From Spirochaetota bacterium (GTDB lineage Bacteria; Spirochaetota; UBA4802; JAFGDQ01), in assembly GCA_043803405.1 (NCBI GenBank), contig JAZDKB010000030.1, positions 1 to 46,524 of the forward strand: a stretch of DNA of 46,524 nt, in the 5' to 3' direction. Below are positions 39,571 through 46,524 of the stretch, in pieces. Position numbers and translations under genes: made by a program. Position 1 is the first letter of the stretch. The number at the start of each line of letters is the position of its first letter. The notes under the pieces were generated by a model that worked only from the letters and a program-made list of their open reading frames with translations, was not told where the DNA came from and ran no database searches.

Positions 39571-41745
39571 ATGACTACCAGCAACAGATATGATGCCAGT
39601 AAAGCCATTACTGCTTTCTTTAATGAAAGCCGCGAGATGCTCGATACAATGGAGACCTGTCTTTTATCGCTTGAAAAAGATAAAGATGACAGTGAATGCA
39701 TAAACGCGCTTTTCCGTGCAGTACACAGTATTAAAGGTTCATCGGGAATGTTTAATTTTACCCAGGTTGAGAACTTTACCCACAAAGTGGAAAATATACT
39801 CGATAATGTCCGTAAGAATGTAATTGGGATAGAAGAAGAATTAATTAATGTTCTACTCGAATGCCGTGATTATATAATCAAAATTCTTGATCTGTACGAA
39901 GAAGATAATTCCGCGGTTATTAACGCAGCCTTCCGGGCCGAAGGCGATAGTCTTCTTTCTAAATTAACCCGGTACAGGGGTTCTTCCGCGCCTGCCGATG
40001 TTAAACAGGACGATAAAAAAGCTGTGGAGCAGCCTTTGCCTCCCGAAGCCAATTCATCCGTATCCAGTAAACACTGGCATGTGTCGCTCAGATACGGGAA
40101 GGATGTATTCCGGCATGGTCTTGATCCGCAGTCGTTTATCAGCTATCTCGGCAGTATTGGAAATATTATAAAAATAATTACCATTGAAGACAGCATTCCG
40201 TCGTTAAACGATATCGATCCGGAAAGCTGTTATTTGGGATTTGAAATAATAGTTGATGGCGTCACAAGTAAAAAAGAAATTGAAGAAGTATTTGAATTTG
40301 TCAAAGATGATTGCGAAATAAGGATACTGCCCCCGGGCAGTAAAATTGCCCTTTATGTAAAATTGATCAGCGATCTGCCCGAAACTCCGATGCGGATCGG
40401 GGAAATCCTTGTTGAAATAGGCTGCCTTACCCGGCGTGAACTTGATTTGGCGCTTTCTTTGCAGGAAATTCTGAGAACGGATAATGTACAGCCTCAAATC
40501 GGAGATATTCTGGTTAATGAAAAAATGATACATAAACCGGTACTTGAAGCGGCACTGGAGAAGCAGAATATAATCACTAAGTCCGAGGAGCGAAAGAGCA
40601 AGCAGCTAAGAATAGACTCTGAAAAGCTGGATGAACTTATAAATATAGTCGGTGAACTGGTCATAACCGGAGCCAATGTGCGCCAGATTACCGAGCGTTA
40701 CGAAAACAGTGAGATAGCACAGCCGGTTCTTACTATGTCGCGCCTTGTTGAAAACGTTCGGGACAGGATAATGAATATCAGGATGGTCAAGATAGGCGAG
40801 ACTTTCAGCCGGTTTGAACGCGTAGTGCGCGACCTTAGCCGGGAATCCGGAAAGGAAGTGGACTTAATTGTTAACGGCGGAGAAACCGAACTCGACAAGT
40901 CTATTATCGATAAAATAAGCGATCCAATAATGCACATGATACGCAATTCGCTGGATCACGGCATAGACAAACCGGATGAGCGGGTTCAAAAAGGGAAAAA
41001 CCGCCGCGGTTCGCTTACTCTTAATGCATATCATGAAACCGGAAGTATAGTGATCGAGGTCACCGACGACGGTAACGGATTAAACCGCGATAAAATACAT
41101 AAAAAAGCTCTTGAATTAGGACTGATACAGAAAGATCAGCAGATAGATGATAATGAACTGTTTCTGTTCATTTTTAATCCCGGATTTTCCACAGCGGAAA
41201 AAATTACAAATATTTCCGGCCGCGGCGTTGGAATGGATGTTGTAAAGAAAAATATTGAATCCCTTCGCGGTACGGTGGCAATTGATAGCAAGGAAGGAAC
41301 CGGAGTGACTACACGGATCCATTTGCCTCTTACGCTGGCCATTATTGACGGCTTTCTGGTACAGGTCTGCGGGGCGTATTATGTTGTTCCGCTGAATCTT
41401 GTAAACGAAGTCTTTGAGGTAACACGAAATGAGCTTATTCAGAAAGAGGGAGCCAATATCATTAACCTGAGGGGCGAAGTCCTTCCGTTCATGAGGCTCA
41501 GGGATTTTTTTGAGGAACCGGATGAGGAGACAGTCAGCGAAAATGTAGTAGTGGTTGAATGCGCACGCAAAAAAGCCGGTATTGTGGTCGACCGGCTGGC
41601 AGGCGAGTTCCAGACAGTCATTAAGCCGCTCGGAAATCTTTTTTCCGAGCTTCAATGGGTGAGCGGTGCCACTATTCTGGGCAGCGGGGAAGTAGCGTTC
41701 ATACTCGATGTACCAAGATTAATTCAGGGCAATGTAAAGATGTGA
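39571..41745 (+). CDS. cheA: Chemotaxis histidine kinase CheA
   Basis: LFRAVHSIKG Hpt; HMIRNSLDHG; GFST; SGRGVGMDVV; C-terminal CheW domain. Confidence 0.95.
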   Translation: MTTSNRYDASKAITAFFNESREMLDTMETCLLSLEKDKDDSECINALFRAVHSIKGSSGMFNFTQVENFTHKVENILDNVRKNVIGIEEELINVLLECRDYIIKILDLYEEDNSAVINAAFRAEGDSLLSKLTRYRGSSAPADVKQDDKKAVEQPLPPEANSSVSSKHWHVSLRYGKDVFRHGLDPQSFISYLGSIGNIIKIITIEDSIPSLNDIDPESCYLGFEIIVDGVTSKKEIEEVFEFVKDDCEIRILPPGSKIALYVKLISDLPETPMRIGEILVEIGCLTRRELDLALSLQEILRTDNVQPQIGDILVNEKMIHKPVLEAALEKQNIITKSEERKSKQLRIDSEKLDELINIVGELVITGANVRQITERYENSEIAQPVLTMSRLVENVRDRIMNIRMVKIGETFSRFERVVRDLSRESGKEVDLIVNGGETELDKSIIDKISDPIMHMIRNSLDHGIDKPDERVQKGKNRRGSLTLNAYHETGSIVIEVTDDGNGLNRDKIHKKALELGLIQKDQQIDDNELFLFIFNPGFSTAEKITNISGRGVGMDVVKKNIESLRGTVAIDSKEGTGVTTRIHLPLTLAIIDGFLVQVCGAYYVVPLNLVNEVFEVTRNELIQKEGANIINLRGEVLPFMRLRDFFEEPDEETVSENVVVVECARKKAGIVVDRLAGEFQTVIKPLGNLFSELQWVSGATILGSGEVAFILDVPRLIQGNVKM

Positions 41746-41771
41746 AGGAAATAATTTTTTATTAATTCTTT

Positions 41772-41798
41772 TATAAATTCTTAACTATTTTCCGATAC
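41772..41798 (+). promoter_or_regulatory. Possible sigma28-type promoter for flgN-flgK-flgL
   Basis: TATAAATT-N11-TCCGATAC, an imperfect match to TAAAGTTT-N11-GCCGATAA. Confidence 0.35.
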
Positions 41799-41866
41799 AT
41801 AATTAATGGATACCCTTAAATAAATAGTTTTCAAGAAAGGATATTCTGTGTTCCAAGGAGGGATGT

Positions 41867-42358
41867 ATGTCGGAAAATATTGTTCAGCTTGAAAGCGTAT
41901 TGAGTGAGGAACTCCTTTTATTCACCAGCATTCTGAGGCTGGAGAAAGAAAAGAGCGATGCCATAATTAAAAAAAACGGACACCTGATGCAAACGCTCAG
42001 CCGGGAACAGGAAGAAAATGTATCCAAAATAAATTCCATAGAGAAAGCCAGAAAAAAGCTTACCAGCCATTATTTAAAAGATAATTCCATAGAAAAAATT
42101 ACTTTAACTGATATCGCTTCAATTGAAGGCATTCCGGACGGCACAATTGCCCAGATTGGCGCCCTGCTTAAAAAAACAATAACAAAGATAAGAGCACTTC
42201 AGGAAACGAATGCGAAAATGATAAACGACAACCTGGAGTATTTCAAAAAGATGATTAAAGAGGTAAAAAACTCCGTTTCCATGGAAACCGGATACAGCGA
42301 AAAGGGCATGGAAAACGCTAAGACAGTAAATTCGTTTATACTCGATAAAAAGATATAA
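41867..42358 (+). CDS. flgN: Flagellar export chaperone FlgN
   Basis: Helical 163-aa protein directly upstream of flgK, with NxxxI and a C-terminal GY...LDKKI. Confidence 0.75.
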   Translation: MSENIVQLESVLSEELLLFTSILRLEKEKSDAIIKKNGHLMQTLSREQEENVSKINSIEKARKKLTSHYLKDNSIEKITLTDIASIEGIPDGTIAQIGALLKKTITKIRALQETNAKMINDNLEYFKKMIKEVKNSVSMETGYSEKGMENAKTVNSFILDKKI

Positions 42359-42370
42359 AAGGAGCAGGCC

Positions 42371-44275
42371 ATGAATTCAACATTTATGGGTATTGAAATA
42401 GGCAAAAAGGGGCTTTCTTCCCACCAGCAGGCTCTGCATGTGACAGGCCACAACATCTCGAACGCGGCTAACAAGGAATATTCCAGGCAGAGGGTAATAA
42501 TTACTGCGGCCGATCCGCTTTATGTGCCTGCGCTCAACAGGTCGAACGCCGCAGGCAACATCGGCCAGGGCTCCGTTGTTTCCAGCGTTGAAAGGATAAG
42601 GGACGCTTTTATAGATGACAGGATTACAATAGAAAAGGACGTGCTTGGATACTGGAAAACAAAGAGCGATTTTATTTATCAGACCGAAATTATTTATAAT
42701 GAGCCGTCTGACCAGTCCCTAAGGAACAGGCTGGATGAACTCTGGAAAGGATGGGAAGAATTGTCTAAATATCCTGAAGAAAGATCTACCCGCGAAGTTA
42801 CAAAAGAGAAAGCTATTGATCTTTCCAATGAAGTAAGAAATGTTTACAGGAAATTATACGACCTGCAGCAGGATGCGAACAGGCAGATAGCTCACAGAGT
42901 TGACCAGGTCAATATGTATGCGAGGGACATAAGGGATCTGAATGAAAGAATTTTAAAGGCCGAAGCTCTCGGCGACAATCCGAATGACCTTAAAGATAAA
43001 AGGGACGCGCTCATTGAAAAGCTTTCGGAGATAGTAAATATTTCCTTAGGCAGAAGCGACAAGGACGAGCTCATTGTATACATTGACGGCGAAAATTTAG
43101 TCCAGGGCGAGATTGTTCATCCTCTTCAGGCTTTGGTGGATCCGGATAATAACGGATATTACAAGGTTGTGTGGCAGGGGAGCGAAACCGATGTAAGTAT
43201 TAAGGGCGGCTCTTTAATGGGGCTTATCGAAGTAAGGGACAAGATACTGCGCGACAATATAAACAATATTAACGCCTTTGCGGTGAATCTCACTGACCTT
43301 GTTAACGAAGTGCATAAAGACGGTTTCGGCAGAAACGGCAAAACAAATATCGATTTTTTTCAGCAGATTAATATTTCGGACAGCGTTGAAGGCAATCACG
43401 ACCTGAACAATGACGGAGTAGCGGATGTCACCGCGATATACAAGGTTTCGGGCAGCAATAAAATAGACGCGTCCGCAGCCATTGGAATAAAGGGCACCAT
43501 TACTTTCGTCAGTAATGACAAATTTGAAATGGAACAGCAGATCGATTATTCTGAAACGGATACTATTAACACAGTAATGAAAAAAATCAACAACGCAAAA
43601 CTGGGCGTAGCTGCATATATAAATCACGACGGCGAGCTTGTACTTAAAGGCACAATATCCCGCGATACGGATAAAAAGAATTTTATGCTGCGGCATATTG
43701 AGGACTCCGGGCAATTGCTTGTAGGTCTTACCGGCATACTGAAACAGTCCGGGCCGCAGGGTTCGTTCGATTACAGAAGGGTAAATGATATTGCGAAGTT
43801 TTTGCCCGACAGGGAGCATGTCACAATTGCCCCGAAATATAATCCGGCAGCATATATGGCCGTTTCCGAAGCAATAATGAACGACGTGGACAGCATTGCG
43901 GCTGCAAAAGGCAAGGACATCGGCGGCACAGGCGACTATAACACTGCGAACGGCATTGGCGACGGATCGAACGCGTTACTGATCGCGAATTTGCGCCATA
44001 AAAATGCCATGATAGACAAAAACACTACTTTTAATGATTATTATACATCTTTGATTTCAAAGATCGGGGCGCAGGGCGAAGAAGCAAAAGACAGGGTGGG
44101 GAACCAGGAAACCCTGCTTAAAAATCTTGTTAATCTGCGTGAATCGATATCCGGGGTAAACCTGGACGAAGAAATGTCTGCAATGGTCGCTTTCCAGCAC
44201 GGCTATAACGCAAACGCGAGGATGATATCGACATTCGATAAAATGCTGGAAACAATTATTAGATTAGGAGCATAA
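42371..44275 (+). CDS. flgK: Flagellar hook-associated protein FlgK
   Basis: GHNISNAANKEYSRQ and SGVNLDEEM motifs. Confidence 0.95.
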   Translation: MNSTFMGIEIGKKGLSSHQQALHVTGHNISNAANKEYSRQRVIITAADPLYVPALNRSNAAGNIGQGSVVSSVERIRDAFIDDRITIEKDVLGYWKTKSDFIYQTEIIYNEPSDQSLRNRLDELWKGWEELSKYPEERSTREVTKEKAIDLSNEVRNVYRKLYDLQQDANRQIAHRVDQVNMYARDIRDLNERILKAEALGDNPNDLKDKRDALIEKLSEIVNISLGRSDKDELIVYIDGENLVQGEIVHPLQALVDPDNNGYYKVVWQGSETDVSIKGGSLMGLIEVRDKILRDNINNINAFAVNLTDLVNEVHKDGFGRNGKTNIDFFQQINISDSVEGNHDLNNDGVADVTAIYKVSGSNKIDASAAIGIKGTITFVSNDKFEMEQQIDYSETDTINTVMKKINNAKLGVAAYINHDGELVLKGTISRDTDKKNFMLRHIEDSGQLLVGLTGILKQSGPQGSFDYRRVNDIAKFLPDREHVTIAPKYNPAAYMAVSEAIMNDVDSIAAAKGKDIGGTGDYNTANGIGDGSNALLIANLRHKNAMIDKNTTFNDYYTSLISKIGAQGEEAKDRVGNQETLLKNLVNLRESISGVNLDEEMSAMVAFQHGYNANARMISTFDKMLETIIRLGA

Positions 44276-44278
44276 CCC

Positions 44279-45541
44279 ATGGAAAGAGTAAGTAACCAGA
44301 TGATAACCAATACTCTTAATTATAATCTGAACAAACATCAGGTTTTAATGGACGAGACTCAAGATAAACTTTCAACAGGTAAAAATTTTAGGGTCCCAAG
44401 AGATAATCCTATCGCCACGACAAATACGATGCTTTATCATTCAAGGATGACCGAGATAGATCAGTACCTGAGCAACAGCGCAGAGGGCAAATCAAGGCTT
44501 ACAGAGGTCGATTCGTCATTGCAGTCGGCAGTAAGTATATTCCACAGAATAAGAGTGCTTGCAGTACAGGGCGCGCACGGTATTTACACTTCGTTCGAAC
44601 TTAAAGAAGCTATTGCAACAGAAATAAACGAAATGCTCAAGGAAATGGTAGCAATAGCAAACACCAGAGGTTCTGCAGGCAGGCCTATTTTCGGCGGCCA
44701 CCAGACAGGGTCTCAGGATATTCCTGATCCGTTTGTGCCGATTTTTCAGACACTTACCGCGGGCAATCAGGGCGACGCAATGACAGGAGTCGAATACAGA
44801 GGCAACATAGGCGAAATTACAAGAGAAGTGGATAAAGGCGAATACATTGATGTCAGCATTCCGGGTAACAAAGTTTTCTGGGCTACAAATCAAATCCTTA
44901 CATCCAATAAAGACGCTGGTACTTACTCTTCGGAGACAAACCAGGTAATAAAGATAGACAGCAAGGAAATAAATATTTCAGCAGGGGATAATCTCGACAT
45001 TATCATAGACAAAATAAATAATGCCGGCCTGGCTGTAAAAGCGTCCAAAGGCGGTACAAACAACATTGTACTTGAATCTACAACACCGCACCAGTTATGG
45101 CTCGAAGACGCAGGAAGCGGAAGAGTGTTTAAGGATCTGGGGCTTTTGAATACCGAATTTCCAAATCCTCCGAACAATATTGCGCCAACTGTGACTGTGG
45201 GCGGCATGTCGGTTTTTGAGATGATGATAACGCTCCGCGACGACCTGGTGCGCGGTGATCAGGAACAGGTCGGGGGCCGCGACCTGGGGCTGATCGATCT
45301 GGGTCTGGAAAATATTCTTAAGAATATTGCATCGGTCGGCGCCAGGCAGAACAGGGTGGACGAGGTGACGAAGAGAGGCGAGTTTGCAAAGGAAAACACG
45401 CTTCAAATGCTTTCAAAGACCGAAGGCTTGGATTTTGCCGAAGCCATTATGAACTTCAAGTGGCTTGAGAGCGTGCATCATTATGCCCTTGCTGTCGGAG
45501 CAAAAAGCATTATGCCTACTCTTATGGATTTTTTAAGATAG
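44279..45541 (+). CDS. flgL: Flagellar hook-associated protein FlgL
   Basis: LSTGK...DNP, VGARQNRV and C-terminal TLMDFLR. Confidence 0.93.
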   Translation: MERVSNQMITNTLNYNLNKHQVLMDETQDKLSTGKNFRVPRDNPIATTNTMLYHSRMTEIDQYLSNSAEGKSRLTEVDSSLQSAVSIFHRIRVLAVQGAHGIYTSFELKEAIATEINEMLKEMVAIANTRGSAGRPIFGGHQTGSQDIPDPFVPIFQTLTAGNQGDAMTGVEYRGNIGEITREVDKGEYIDVSIPGNKVFWATNQILTSNKDAGTYSSETNQVIKIDSKEINISAGDNLDIIIDKINNAGLAVKASKGGTNNIVLESTTPHQLWLEDAGSGRVFKDLGLLNTEFPNPPNNIAPTVTVGGMSVFEMMITLRDDLVRGDQEQVGGRDLGLIDLGLENILKNIASVGARQNRVDEVTKRGEFAKENTLQMLSKTEGLDFAEAIMNFKWLESVHHYALAVGAKSIMPTLMDFLR

Positions 45542-45567
45542 GGAAATTCGCCTAACCCAGGTTAGGG

Positions 45568-45795
45568 CAGGGATGTCTCATGCTAATTATTTTAGTTGTA
45601 AATTAGATATACTCCCAGCCCCCTAACCCCCGGAGGGGGCAACGGCTTGGTAGTTATAATGTCGAATGTTATGATTTTTTACAAAAATGTGCCCCCTTTG
45701 GGGGATAGGGGGCAGAAAGGGCAATTGCGATGTAACACAAGTATGATAGCCGAATGCAAATATAGGTAGCAGATTTCTAGTATGAGGCAGCCCTG
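45568..45795. mobile_element. 228-bp MITE-like element with the same TIR family as 38066..38250, inserted in a terminator hairpin
   Basis: CAGGGATGTCTCATGCTA ... TAGTATGAGGCAGCCCTG; flanked by (A/G)GGTTAGGG at 45559-45567 and 45796-45804. Confidence 0.7.
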
Positions 45796-45870
45796 GGGTT
45801 AGGGGGATTCTTTTCTTCGTTTGAATTGGTATTATAAATATATTTTAGAATTAAGTGTTAATTTAATTAT

Positions 45871-46359
45871 ATGATAACAATAGCAATAATAACAGTTAGT
45901 GACAGGTCGTCGCAGGGGCTTAGAGAGGATCTTTCAGGTCCCGAAATAAAAAAATGGGCAGTGTCGCAGGGCTATGAAGTCGTGTCCGAATCAATCGTTC
46001 CTGATGAAGCGGATAAAATTAAAAAAAAGCTGATAGAGTATTCGGACGCAGGCTGCGATTTAATACTCACAACGGGCGGCACCGGTTTTGCTCCCAGAGA
46101 CGTTACGCCAGAGGCCACAAAAGCGGTTATTGAGCGCGAAACACCCGGCTTTGGCGAAGCAATGCGCGCCCAGTCATTGCTGATCACTCCCCATGCAATG
46201 CTTTCAAGAGCAACTGCCGGAATACGAAAGCAGAGCATAATAATAAATCTTCCGGGCAGCCCAAAAGCTGTGCGGGAGAATCTTGCTTCCGTTGAAAAAG
46301 CAATTACTCATGCTGTCAGGCTTCTTAAAGGCAAGGTCGCGGACTGCGCGAACGAGTAG
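45871..46359 (+). CDS. mog: MogA/MoaB-family molybdopterin adenylyltransferase
   Basis: TVSD, TTGGTGFAPRDVTPEAT, LSR and NLPGSPKA motifs. Confidence 0.92.
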   Translation: MITIAIITVSDRSSQGLREDLSGPEIKKWAVSQGYEVVSESIVPDEADKIKKKLIEYSDAGCDLILTTGGTGFAPRDVTPEATKAVIERETPGFGEAMRAQSLLITPHAMLSRATAGIRKQSIIINLPGSPKAVRENLASVEKAITHAVRLLKGKVADCANE

Positions 46360-46524
46360 CTGTGAATCATTTTTTCTTATAATAATAACCTACATAAACT
46401 TTTTTTATTAAGATAATTTAATATTACAATTAATTTATTTTTTAACAATAAAAAAATATTATTTGCAAAAAAATAATGAATTATTAAAATCGTTTTGCTG
46501 TAAAATAATAATATAAATATTAAA

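Overview
AT-rich bacterial chromosomal window, probably from a Spirochaetota (Leptospira-like) genome; this is inferred from the FlgK/FlgL architecture and the lipoprotein repertoire. Positions 1-140 are the right end of an IS256 element. From 0.3 to 9.3 kb is an accessory surface-protein island: an ELWxxDGT-repeat lipoprotein, another lipoprotein, a HEPN/MNT pair, and an operon of ECF sigma, anti-sigma with a CsgG-like domain, a CsgG plus beta-barrel protein, an RCC1 lipoprotein and an Ig-FGE lipoprotein. From 9.5 to 24.7 kb are mixed housekeeping genes (LysM-like protein, MBL, HDOD, OmpA/MotB, carboxyltransferase, RlmI, MFS, TPR). From 25 to 31.3 kb are two-component signalling genes, followed by a chemotaxis cluster lacking cheY (31.7-41.7 kb), flgN-flgK-flgL and mog. 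The main candidate for an undescribed system is the ECF operon. A promoter motif read from the sequence (TTTTTGTGAC-N18/19-GYTTAT) occurs three times, and the two cargo lipoproteins share an N-terminal tag (LSC-x-G-x-LFNDGLN) despite unrelated domains. Other notable non-coding elements are two miniature elements with shared IS-like ends but different interiors and target duplications, a 114-bp palindrome with GGA hairpins, and an 8 x 21-bp array upstream of the chemotaxis operon. No database searches were run; all family calls come from motif recognition.
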